A DNA stretch of 64,000 bases, taken from a virus. The notes under the pieces were generated by a model, which was not told the origin of the DNA, did not search any database, and was given only the letters and a program-made list of their open reading frames with translations. Location: the IMG/VR virus record IMGVR_UViG_3300045988_088194. One strand, 5' to 3'. A program made the translations under genes and the position numbers. Shown one piece after another: positions 52,993 through 62,496 of this stretch (the stretch's first letter is position 1; every line of letters begins with the position of its first letter).

Positions 52993-55900
52993 CTATCTAC
53001 AATTCTTTATAGTGTCAATAAGACTGTTGAATGCTTCTGCTGAGGTTATAGTCTCAGGACTTGGAAGATTATTCTCTGGATTTCTTATGAAGTCCATAAA
53101 CTCTTCAACATTCTTAAATCCAAGCTCTCTGAGAACTCCCCTATTTCCTCTTATATAAGATGAAATCTGTAGTTTGGTTTCATCAGATATTGGAGTGAAG
53201 GATTCAGTAAGAGTAAATGTAGGTTTTGACACTTTGGTTTCTGGTGCTTTCTTTACTGGCTTTGAAGCTTCTTCTCCTCCAAGGATAGCCATAGCAAGTT
53301 CATCAGATATAGTCTCCATTGAGATTCCATCTTCAGAGTCTGCTGGTTCTTCCTTTGCTATTTCCTGCTTTGGAACTTTGTCAGAAACTCCATACTGAGA
53401 TTCAAGATATGAAAGATTAGCACCTTCAGCAGCTTCCATTGCAAGTGCAGTTTCCCCTACTTTCCTGTTCTGAAGTTCTTTCTTATGAAGCTTCTCTGCC
53501 TTACTCTTAAGTTCCTTCAGAGAGTTTCCTGTCTTGACAACTCCATTGACTATACCAAACTCTGTACTATCATTGGTATAAACTCCTAAGTAAAGTCTCT
53601 TACTACCTGAAACTGGATTTATCAAGCCTTGGTTTATCTTGGAAAGTAAGGTGAGTTCATCTATACTATTCTGATTTGAAACTACCTCTCCCTTATCATC
53701 ATAGATATTACCTTCTGAATCTATACTATAACTCTTGCTGTTAAGAGTCAATGTAGTCCTATTGAGAACATTCTGTATTCCCCTCTTTCCAGTATGACCT
53801 TTAAGAGCAATCTCACCTCCTTTAACAGATGGCTTACCTTCTGAATCAACTGGTGCAATATCAAAACTTGCATTAACATTACCAGGCTGATATAAATCAG
53901 TGGTAAGTATGCCAGACTTGAGTATATCCTCTTGATACTGAGGGTCAGTAAGTTCTGAAGTAACTACATTGAATCTTAATCCAAGTTCATCACTTTGGAG
54001 TGCCTGAACCAGAAGTGCTGTTGCTTCATCCAAAGAGGTTGCTCCCCCAGTTATATTCTCTATAATTCCTGGTATAGATACAATATTTCCCTTCTTTGAG
54101 AAGGCTATATCAATCCCTTCTGGAAAATGCAGAACTTCCTTAAGGTCATACTTGGCAAGAGACTTCTGATATTGAGTGCTTTCTGGATTTACAAGAACTT
54201 CAGCATCCCTTCCTATCCTTTCAACTATTGGGGAGTCTCCCCATACATCAAGTGGATATTCAGTTTCTGTGAACCTCTTTGCCCTTAGATGTTTAGGATA
54301 CCACCTTCCATCAGCCTCCTTGGTCATGAGCCATATAGAACCAGCCCTTGGATTCTGATTATTAGTATTAAGTGGAACTATTTCAACATTATCAAGACCT
54401 GGAGTTTCAAATCTTGTATTATTGTAATAGATACCAATCCTAAGAGGTCTTCCTCTAAGAAACTCCTTTGTGAGGTCTTTATTCTCAACTGGTGAGTCTT
54501 CTGTAGACTTGACCATTCTTCCACTGTATATGTGGGTTACCTTAGTATAATAGGATGAAACAAATGCACTTCCTTCATTACTTTCAGAAGCAGAATACTC
54601 ATCATTTACTGCATCCACTATATCATTGTAGTTCTTTATGGACTCCTTATTATTCTTATTGAAACCAAGGACTCCTACTACCTGATACCTCTTTCCATCA
54701 CTTCCCTCTATTGGATTCAGAGATTTGTCTTTTTCTCCTATTTCTACAGCAAGCAGTATATGACTGTTAAGTCTGCTATCTGAAGATATGATAAGATGTA
54801 TTGGCAAATCTTCATTTGCATCAACTCTATCTGCAAGATAGCCTTCATCCACATACTGAAAAGCTCCTAATTCCTGTAAGGCATTCACTATTGGATTGTT
54901 CCTTAATACAGCCTTTCTCTCTCTTCTATTCTTAAGAGGATTAAATTCATACTCAGTCTCAACCCAGCTTCTAAGTCCCTGTGTAATACCACTATCTTCA
55001 GGAGATGCATTATCCTCAACTTCCACATTACTCTCCTCACCAGCAGCAGGAAGAAGTCTGTTGTCATGTATCTTTGCAGCAAGTCTTCTTAGAGCAGTAT
55101 TATCTTCCTTTGGAAGGGAAGCATCACCCTTCTTGGCTATATCTACAAGCTCATCCTGACTCTTTTCTTCAAGTCTTCCCTCAAGACTTTCTGGTTCTTC
55201 CTTAGAAGGTTTTTCTTTACCTTCCTTCTCACCTTCAGCTTCTTCCTCAGATAGAGCATCCTTAACATCTGGAGAATCAGACAACATATCAAAGAACCCT
55301 TTCTTTCCAGCTTTCTTAGGCTTGTTCTTTGATTTCTTTGTATCCTTTCTTGAAGTTTTCCCTGACTTCTTCTGCTCTATGAACTTATCAACTATCTCTT
55401 GAAGAGTAGCCTTTACTTCTTCTGGTATAGAAGAGTCCTGTGCTTGGTCAAGAGTGGTAAGTATATCATCAAGTGATTCAGCATTCTCAAGAGCATCCTG
55501 TATGATGTTCTTAGCTGATATTACTTCGGGAGAAGGCTCTGTAGCAGACAGAATATCTGTGAATATAGCAGAAGACTCATCAAGGTCTTCATAAGTCTCT
55601 GCCAACTTCTTGAGAGTGTCATTACCACCATTCTTCAATGATTCTATTATATCCTTCTTTTGTTCAGGATAATTAGAGAATATTTCCCTAAGGTCATTAA
55701 CTGAAGTTGCTGAGTCTGCTTTAAGTTTTGCTTCATCAAGAATCCTCTTCACATTATCTTCCTTGACAGCTTTTATAGAATCCTGTACCTGCTGTGAGAA
55801 GAGCTCTGGATTCTTTGAAAGTGCAGTGTACTTATCAATGAACTCATTTCTTGCTTCATATATTTTAAGCATATCAGATAAGTCCATGAAAAGTTTCATG

Positions 55901-58299
55901 TTCCTTAATGATTTATCCTTATCTTTATCAGCAAGAACTTTCTCATCAGATAGAGCATCCCTGACTGCCTTTCTATTGAGAGTATTCAGCAAAGATTCAG
56001 CTGTAATATCAGTCAGTTCTCCTATCTTCTGGTTTGCATTTGCTCCAAAGAACCTTTTATCCCTATCCCCAATAACCTGAGAAGCTCCCTTCTTCACTTC
56101 TTCAAAGAGGGACTTGAATCTTGACTCCCAATCATCAATTTGAGTCATCATCCAAGTCATCTCCTCAAGATAGTCATCAGCCATATCTTCTCCATAGAGT
56201 GTCTTGAGGTTAGTAGAGATTTCAGAATACTTCTGAAGTTTGGTCTTTGCATCCCTGACCTGCTTATTAACATGGTCAATTACTTCCTGGTCTGACTTAC
56301 CTTCAAAGATTGACTTCCCTGTATTCTTATCAACTGCAAGATTTCTTATATCATCTACATCATCCTGAGTTACATTTCCTGCCTCCTCTATAATGTCATA
56401 TAAGTCCTGCAATCTTCCAGCCTTTTCAAACATTATAGCATCTGAAATAAACTGGGAATGCTCTGCATTCTTATAATCAAAGTTACTTCCATTTGCAAGG
56501 GCAGCCTCCATATCATTCTGATATTTCTGATGCCTTATGAAGCCTTGATAATAGTTTAGGAACTCTGGACTTTGTACTCTCTGATTAAGGGCATCTACAA
56601 GGGATTGTGCCTGCTTCTTCTCTTCTCTGACATCAGAGATTCCTTCCCACAGTTCACCTTCCAGAGATAGTTTTACTTTCTTCTTACCATTTTCTCCCTT
56701 CACTCTTGAGAGTTTAGGTATTCCAAGAAGTCCTGTAAGACCTCCTATGAAACCTTCCTCCCAGTTATCAGCATCTCCATATATATTAGAGAACCCCTTG
56801 ACCATTGAGTTGAGGAATGTTGAAGTCTCTTCCTCAGCTTCAGGATTAACCTTTGCTCCATAGAAACTGTTGAGTTTTGAAGATTGCTGTAATCCTGTTC
56901 CCTCTGAGAACCAAGACTGCATCATCTCCTCATTCATCTCAGCCAGTGGGTTTGAAAGGGCTCTTGCCCATTTCTTTGCTATATTACCCTTTGATATAGA
57001 GAAACCATCCTTTGCACTTCCTTTTATAATACCATTGGCAAGCTTTCCTGTGTTATAACCTCCAGATAGGAACCTTCCAAACTGCCATATGTTTGAGGCA
57101 GAAAGCATTACAGTATTAAGTCCAAAGTCAGCATTAGCCATAGCAGCTCTATACTCAGCAAGCTTGGCTATTGAGTCATTGTATCTTGTATCAATCTGGT
57201 TCTTTATATTAGCCCACTCAGCTTGTCCTTCAGGAGATACAAGTCTTCTTTCATACCTTATACCTGTCTCAGGTGAACCAGTCTGAACAAAAGAGAACCA
57301 CTCTGGGTGTTCCTCAAACAAGGCATTCTCAATATTTGAAATATCCTTTTGATATTGGTCATTAAGGAGTTGCCTATGATATGTTTCCCATTCCTTACTA
57401 TTTCCAATGGCCTCAATTCTTCCCTCACCCATAGCTGCATTTACTGCACCTACAGTCTTAAGAGTCCATTCAGCATTCCTCAACTGCTTGGCAGCCTTTC
57501 CTAAGTCTTCAGTGAGCTTTATTCCATCCATGAAGGCATCTCCAGACTTATAGGCCTTTGCTATCTCTGAAGCTGTATTCAGGGTTCTTCCTGATGCTGT
57601 AGTAACAGCTCCCTTGAAGGCATCCCTCACACCTTTCAGTCCCATAGCCTTTGACACTGCACCTGCTGTGAGTTTACCTGAATATGCAGCACCTACGGTA
57701 AATCCAAGGTTCTTGAGGAACTTGTCTCCTATGAAGTTTGCTGAGAATATATGTTCCCACCATGGGTCTTCTTGTTCTGCTTTTGTATAGTAGTTTGGAA
57801 GGGCTGACTCAACCTTCTCATTGATGTCCTGCATAAGTACACTGAATGGGTTACTTATGAACAAGTTACCAATCTCCCTCATAGGACTGTCACTTTCAGA
57901 AATCTTGTCTGTGTTCCCAAGAATGTTCAATGCTCCAGCTATAGTTCCAAGGACTCCATCAGCAAAGGTAGTGGCAGCAAGGACAGAGCCTTTAAGTATG
58001 CCTGCACCTATCTGGTCATACCAAGGCTGTATGTTGGCTCTTGATTCATTCAGGTCTGCAAGCTCCCCAAGCTGGGTCATCCTCTTATCATACCTACTTT
58101 CTCCAAAATCCTCAACTCCAACATTTTCAACTGGACCTCTTTGAATGAGGTCCAGTTTCCTTGCTGTATTATCTCTCCAGTCTGGTCTGAAGTTCTGGAA
58201 CATTGACACATAATCTGTACCATCTGCTGACTTGGTATTCAAGCCTTTAAGTCCAGATACACCCATCTTTCTTGGGTCCTTTATTTCATTTTCTCCCAT
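52993..58299 (-). CDS. large virion/tail-associated protein, function unknown
   Basis: 1768-aa ORF with an ATG start at 58299. Acidic and Lys-rich central linker. No catalytic motif recognised. Confidence 0.6.
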   Translation of the reverse strand: MGENEIKDPRKMGVSGLKGLNTKSADGTDYVSMFQNFRPDWRDNTARKLDLIQRGPVENVGVEDFGESRYDKRMTQLGELADLNESRANIQPWYDQIGAGILKGSVLAATTFADGVLGTIAGALNILGNTDKISESDSPMREIGNLFISNPFSVLMQDINEKVESALPNYYTKAEQEDPWWEHIFSANFIGDKFLKNLGFTVGAAYSGKLTAGAVSKAMGLKGVRDAFKGAVTTASGRTLNTASEIAKAYKSGDAFMDGIKLTEDLGKAAKQLRNAEWTLKTVGAVNAAMGEGRIEAIGNSKEWETYHRQLLNDQYQKDISNIENALFEEHPEWFSFVQTGSPETGIRYERRLVSPEGQAEWANIKNQIDTRYNDSIAKLAEYRAAMANADFGLNTVMLSASNIWQFGRFLSGGYNTGKLANGIIKGSAKDGFSISKGNIAKKWARALSNPLAEMNEEMMQSWFSEGTGLQQSSKLNSFYGAKVNPEAEEETSTFLNSMVKGFSNIYGDADNWEEGFIGGLTGLLGIPKLSRVKGENGKKKVKLSLEGELWEGISDVREEKKQAQSLVDALNQRVQSPEFLNYYQGFIRHQKYQNDMEAALANGSNFDYKNAEHSQFISDAIMFEKAGRLQDLYDIIEEAGNVTQDDVDDIRNLAVDKNTGKSIFEGKSDQEVIDHVNKQVRDAKTKLQKYSEISTNLKTLYGEDMADDYLEEMTWMMTQIDDWESRFKSLFEEVKKGASQVIGDRDKRFFGANANQKIGELTDITAESLLNTLNRKAVRDALSDEKVLADKDKDKSLRNMKLFMDLSDMLKIYEARNEFIDKYTALSKNPELFSQQVQDSIKAVKEDNVKRILDEAKLKADSATSVNDLREIFSNYPEQKKDIIESLKNGGNDTLKKLAETYEDLDESSAIFTDILSATEPSPEVISAKNIIQDALENAESLDDILTTLDQAQDSSIPEEVKATLQEIVDKFIEQKKSGKTSRKDTKKSKNKPKKAGKKGFFDMLSDSPDVKDALSEEEAEGEKEGKEKPSKEEPESLEGRLEEKSQDELVDIAKKGDASLPKEDNTALRRLAAKIHDNRLLPAAGEESNVEVEDNASPEDSGITQGLRSWVETEYEFNPLKNRRERKAVLRNNPIVNALQELGAFQYVDEGYLADRVDANEDLPIHLIISSDSRLNSHILLAVEIGEKDKSLNPIEGSDGKRYQVVGVLGFNKNNKESIKNYNDIVDAVNDEYSASESNEGSAFVSSYYTKVTHIYSGRMVKSTEDSPVENKDLTKEFLRGRPLRIGIYYNNTRFETPGLDNVEIVPLNTNNQNPRAGSIWLMTKEADGRWYPKHLRAKRFTETEYPLDVWGDSPIVERIGRDAEVLVNPESTQYQKSLAKYDLKEVLHFPEGIDIAFSKKGNIVSIPGIIENITGGATSLDEATALLVQALQSDELGLRFNVVTSELTDPQYQEDILKSGILTTDLYQPGNVNASFDIAPVDSEGKPSVKGGEIALKGHTGKRGIQNVLNRTTLTLNSKSYSIDSEGNIYDDKGEVVSNQNSIDELTLLSKINQGLINPVSGSKRLYLGVYTNDSTEFGIVNGVVKTGNSLKELKSKAEKLHKKELQNRKVGETALAMEAAEGANLSYLESQYGVSDKVPKQEIAKEEPADSEDGISMETISDELAMAILGGEEASKPVKKAPETKVSKPTFTLTESFTPISDETKLQISSYIRGNRGVLRELGFKNVEEFMDFIRNPENNLPSPETITSAEAFNSLIDTIKNCR

Positions 58300-58311
58300 A
58301 AAATTTCATCT

Positions 58312-60120
58312 TTATAAAGGAAATGTTGAAACCTTTGAACTTGTCTTTGATGCTTCTGGTGCTGCACCATTGTATGAATTATACAATGCCCCATAGAAGG
58401 TATTCAACATATTGTCCATAGCCATCTTTGCCTCATTGCTGTTGGTGTCATATTGAGAAGACTGTGCAAAGTTTGTAATCATCTCCAGGAACTCATCTCC
58501 AGGAATTACCCCAACAGGTGTTGGAACTCCTATGTTATGGAATGCTGCTGAGTTATCTATTTCATAACTTCCATAGGAACCTTCTATAATGGACTTTCCA
58601 GTGACAGGATTAAACTGTATTGTTGCAGCACTGTCATTGAATATCTTGGACAGGGTTTCTTCATCAGGAGCAGCCTTACTGTCTCCTAACTTATGAATCC
58701 TCTTTCTGACTTCCTTCTTATCTGACCTATCCTCTATTCCAGACAGAATAGCTGCTCTCAGTTCCCTCATTGCAAGGTCAGATTGAGTAGTCTTGAACTT
58801 TGCATACTTATTTACAGCTACAGCCTTCTTCAATGATAATTCCTGTTCTTTTATAAGAGAGTCAATATCATCTGTTCCATACTGTTTAGAGAGGTTAGTA
58901 TAAGAGTTATATACAGGGTTTTCAGTCCTATACTCCTTATCCATCTTTGGAGTACTCCCTCCAACCATAGCGTATGAATCAAGGCTCCTCTTTAAGTCAG
59001 CTTGTAGATTCTTAAGTCCTATATCAGTATCAGGATTCCATTCTGGATTTTCATTCTGCCTTTTTGCTATATAGCTCTCAATTCTCTTTGCCTTGTCATC
59101 CAATACCCTGTTGGCATAGCCCATCCTTGATGTATAAGGAGATACAGTCTCTCCTCTATCTATTGAGTCTTTATATGCCCTAAGATTCTTAAGGTCCTCA
59201 TTCAGTTGTTTAGCATTGGCATCCCTGTCAATATTAAGCTCAGTTCCTACATAATCATAGAAGATAGGCTGCTGAGAATCTTTTTCTCTCATCTTCCACC
59301 TTTCATAAGGTGAAAGGAAGTTTCTATCCTGTAGGGTATCATACTTAGTAGTACCAATAGCATTATAGAGACCACTTGTTATATAGTCTATTGCTCTCTT
59401 CTTTGTACTATTATCAGCCCAAGAATCAATTCCTGAAGACTCATAAACCTGCTTTATTATATTTCTGAGTTCCTCCGGAGCATCCTTGTTAAATTGAGAA
59501 GCAAGGACTATCTCTTCAGGAGTATATCCTGATTTTTCCATAGTCTGCCAGTATTGTCCACCAAGTATGTGTTCCCACTTCCTTGGGTCTGACCTCATAG
59601 ATTTAGCAAGATTAGAAGCCATATCTCCAGCCTGCTTAGCAAGTACTGCTCCTGAATAGGATGCTCCATAATCAATCTCTGGATTTGCAATGAAGTCATC
59701 AAGACTCATAGTAGAAGCATCCCTCTGATACATGAGGGTAGGATTCTCAGCAAGTGCCTTTCTTTGCTCATCAGCAAGCTGTCTCCTTCTTGTATAAGCC
59801 TGCTCTATTGGAGTTATCTCCTGAGAATATCTGCCCTTCATTTTCAGAAGGTTCTGTCTGCTTACCTGAGTAAGTCCTTGACTGGCAAGAGCATCAGCCT
59901 GACTCTTAAGGTCTTCAGAGTATCTCTTGTACATCTGATAGGCTTTAGGGTCAGTCTGCTCATTTGCTATATTCTCCCATACACTTGCTTTAGTATCAAG
60001 GTCTGCATATTCAGTCTCAAGAGCCTGATGTGCTACTGTAGCTTCCTGCAAGGGTCTTACCAACTCATCATAAGAGAATGGTCTGAACTTACTTCCTATA
60101 GTTACATATGATGTTGCCAT
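58312..60120 (-). CDS. virion structural protein, function unknown
   Basis: 602-aa ORF. Its start overlaps the upstream stop (TAATG on the minus strand). Confidence 0.6.
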   Translation of the reverse strand: MATSYVTIGSKFRPFSYDELVRPLQEATVAHQALETEYADLDTKASVWENIANEQTDPKAYQMYKRYSEDLKSQADALASQGLTQVSRQNLLKMKGRYSQEITPIEQAYTRRRQLADEQRKALAENPTLMYQRDASTMSLDDFIANPEIDYGASYSGAVLAKQAGDMASNLAKSMRSDPRKWEHILGGQYWQTMEKSGYTPEEIVLASQFNKDAPEELRNIIKQVYESSGIDSWADNSTKKRAIDYITSGLYNAIGTTKYDTLQDRNFLSPYERWKMREKDSQQPIFYDYVGTELNIDRDANAKQLNEDLKNLRAYKDSIDRGETVSPYTSRMGYANRVLDDKAKRIESYIAKRQNENPEWNPDTDIGLKNLQADLKRSLDSYAMVGGSTPKMDKEYRTENPVYNSYTNLSKQYGTDDIDSLIKEQELSLKKAVAVNKYAKFKTTQSDLAMRELRAAILSGIEDRSDKKEVRKRIHKLGDSKAAPDEETLSKIFNDSAATIQFNPVTGKSIIEGSYGSYEIDNSAAFHNIGVPTPVGVIPGDEFLEMITNFAQSSQYDTNSNEAKMAMDNMLNTFYGALYNSYNGAAPEASKTSSKVSTFPL

Positions 60121-62393
60121 TATCTTCTCCTCCTGTTCCTCTTAGTAAGCATTCCACCTCTCTTATTCTTATATCCTACTGTTCCCCTACCATTGGTATA
60201 ATAGTAGAGCAGACTTGGGTTAGAGGCTATCTGATTCATTATGAAGTTCTCTTGTCCAACAGCACCAAGGTTGTCAAAGAAATTAGTAAGGTTCATACTC
60301 TTTGAATTGGCAAGAGCTGTATCTGTTGCCTCCCTCATTCCAGCAGCAGAAGTTATACCTGCAAGTCTCATCCTGTCTCTCATAGATGCTAATTGTGCAT
60401 TTTGTGCAGCAGCCTTCATGGCAGCCTGTGAGTTATACTGGTTAGTTCCTCTATTGAACTGTTCCACTGCCTGTCTCTGCTGCTCATTATACATATCCAT
60501 CTTCATAAGAGTGTCTCCTACAGCATTCTGAGCATTATAGTCTGCTGCAAGAAGTCCAGCCATAACTTGTCCAGGATTACTTCCTGAATTTCTCAGTGCT
60601 GCTCTTGTTGCACCAGCCTGTCCTTGAAGTTTGCTAAGGTAATAATTCCTGTCAAGAGGTTTATAAGTGAGGTAGTTGTTTATAGGTCTGCTACTTACCC
60701 TATCTCTTGAAAGGTTATTTACTACATTAAGTATGAGGTCAGAGTTAGTATAATCTGGTTTCTCAAATACACTTGAGAGTGCTCCAATTGCTGAACCAAC
60801 TATAGGAGCATATCTTGCAAAAGTAGATAATGGTTTTTGTTTTGGGTCTGTATCTGTAGAAGATTTAATAGATTTATGAGGAGTAGGAACTTGTAAGGTT
60901 CCAGCTCTTTCAGCCTCTATTATATCTGGGTTAATTCCAGTTTTAGCATCATCTATTAACTGTTGTTCATGCAGCATTTCATCCACTACATCTGGATTCC
61001 ATCCTTTATACTCAGGGGGATTATTTAAGCCTTCTATATCCCAAGGACCTGCATACTTCCTACCACCAAATGCCATCATCTGTTGGGTTCCTTTCTTTCC
61101 TTTCTTCATTCTCTGCTGTTCCTGTAGAAGTGCAAGCTTCCCAAGTGAATCCTGTAGCCCCCTTTGACTTATAGGGTCATTAGGTCTTTCTGAGGACTCC
61201 TTGCTCATATCTTCTGCTATGAGTGCAAAAGTATATCCCCTATATTTGTTAGGAAGTCTTGACTCCTTAAGTTGCTTATCTGAAGGGTGAAGCCTATTTG
61301 AAAATACATAATCATTGAAAATTACTTCTCCCTCTTCTACAAGATTTGGTTGTCCATCTGGAGCAATCCCCATAGGAACTCCTTCATGTGGATTATCTTC
61401 ATGTGTTCCACCAGCTCCTACCATAGTTACTCCATTGAGAAAGTCTCCTCCATGAGTCTGATAGGCAGGAATGTCTGAATATAGATTACCTCCATCTTCA
61501 AACATATATCCCCCTAATGAGTGCTTCCATTTGCTTGCATTCCTTGCAAAGTTTGCTCTCTTTACCAAGGTAGAACTGTAGTCATCCTTATTGGCTAACA
61601 CATGTCTTGCAAACTCCTGTACTCCCATTCCAGCTCTCTTTGCTGAGGCAGTAAACTTCCCTCTATTACTCTTCTTTATATGAATGGCTCCTCCATCTTT
61701 TGCATAGGCAGCCATCATTGCATTTCTTGCATTATCTTTCATAACACTATCTGCTTGATAATCAAAGGCATCAATAGCTCTATTATTAGCATCTTTTGCT
61801 GCTAAATTGAGCATTTTTGCTTTCTTTCTTGCCTTACTGTTACCTGTGAATATCCCAGCAAGAGCACCGCCAAGACCTACAGCAGCACCTGCTACAGCAC
61901 CCCAAGGACCTCCAACAGAAGCACCAGCAGAAGCACCTGAGCCAATTGCTGATAGAGTGTTCATAGCCATTTCCCCTCCAGATACTCCTCTAATATCCTT
62001 CATAGAGTAGTTATCCTTCTGGAAGTTTATACTATTGTAAGCATCAAGAAGTGAATCACTGTCTGTGGCTTCAGAGAAAGTCTCATCCTTAAGTTCCTGT
62101 ATATTACTTTCTATTCCAGTGGTATCAGCAGTCTGAGCATTTTTCATGGCAGAGTCTACTATGGAAGTAACTCCTCCAACTACAGACCCAACACTATTAA
62201 TAGCACTTCCTACATTAGAGAAGGAACTTTTCAAAGCATCTCCAGATGCCTTATTCCAGCCTAATCCCTTCTCCTTGCCATTATAGTCTAATATACCACC
62301 AAAATCTAATCTTCTTGATAATGGTCTATACCTTATTCCTGTAGAAAGGTCAAGTGTTTTACTATGCCTTCTTTTAATATTATACTTAGCCAT
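60120..62393 (-). CDS. virion protein with a Gly/Ala-rich hydrophobic segment (ejection or tape-measure-like?), function unknown
   Basis: The track ORF starts at TTG 62441. The first ATG is at 62393 (MAKYNIKRR). It contains GSGASAGASVGGPWGAVAGAAVGLGGALAGIFTG. Confidence 0.55.
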   Translation of the reverse strand: MAKYNIKRRHSKTLDLSTGIRYRPLSRRLDFGGILDYNGKEKGLGWNKASGDALKSSFSNVGSAINSVGSVVGGVTSIVDSAMKNAQTADTTGIESNIQELKDETFSEATDSDSLLDAYNSINFQKDNYSMKDIRGVSGGEMAMNTLSAIGSGASAGASVGGPWGAVAGAAVGLGGALAGIFTGNSKARKKAKMLNLAAKDANNRAIDAFDYQADSVMKDNARNAMMAAYAKDGGAIHIKKSNRGKFTASAKRAGMGVQEFARHVLANKDDYSSTLVKRANFARNASKWKHSLGGYMFEDGGNLYSDIPAYQTHGGDFLNGVTMVGAGGTHEDNPHEGVPMGIAPDGQPNLVEEGEVIFNDYVFSNRLHPSDKQLKESRLPNKYRGYTFALIAEDMSKESSERPNDPISQRGLQDSLGKLALLQEQQRMKKGKKGTQQMMAFGGRKYAGPWDIEGLNNPPEYKGWNPDVVDEMLHEQQLIDDAKTGINPDIIEAERAGTLQVPTPHKSIKSSTDTDPKQKPLSTFARYAPIVGSAIGALSSVFEKPDYTNSDLILNVVNNLSRDRVSSRPINNYLTYKPLDRNYYLSKLQGQAGATRAALRNSGSNPGQVMAGLLAADYNAQNAVGDTLMKMDMYNEQQRQAVEQFNRGTNQYNSQAAMKAAAQNAQLASMRDRMRLAGITSAAGMREATDTALANSKSMNLTNFFDNLGAVGQENFIMNQIASNPSLLYYYTNGRGTVGYKNKRGGMLTKRNRRRR

Positions 62394-62409
62394 TATATAA
62401 TCATTTGCT

Positions 62410-62442
62410 GCAAATGTAAGAAAAATAATTGACTTAAACAAT
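62410..62442 (-). promoter_or_regulatory. Bacteroidota-type promoter (minus strand)
   Basis: Minus strand: ATTG (62442-62439), a 21-nt spacer, then TACATTTG (62417-62410), 17 nt upstream of ATG 62393. Confidence 0.45.
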
Positions 62443-62450
62443 AAGGTATA

Positions 62451-62491
62451 TAAAATGATAAAAGAGTAGTAAGTAAATTACTTACTACTCT
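62451..62491 (-). terminator. rho-independent terminator (minus strand)
   Basis: Perfect 13-bp palindrome AGAGTAGTAAGTA-AAT-TACTTACTACTCT, followed on the minus strand by TTTATCATTTTA. Confidence 0.7.
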
Positions 62492-62496
62492 CTTAA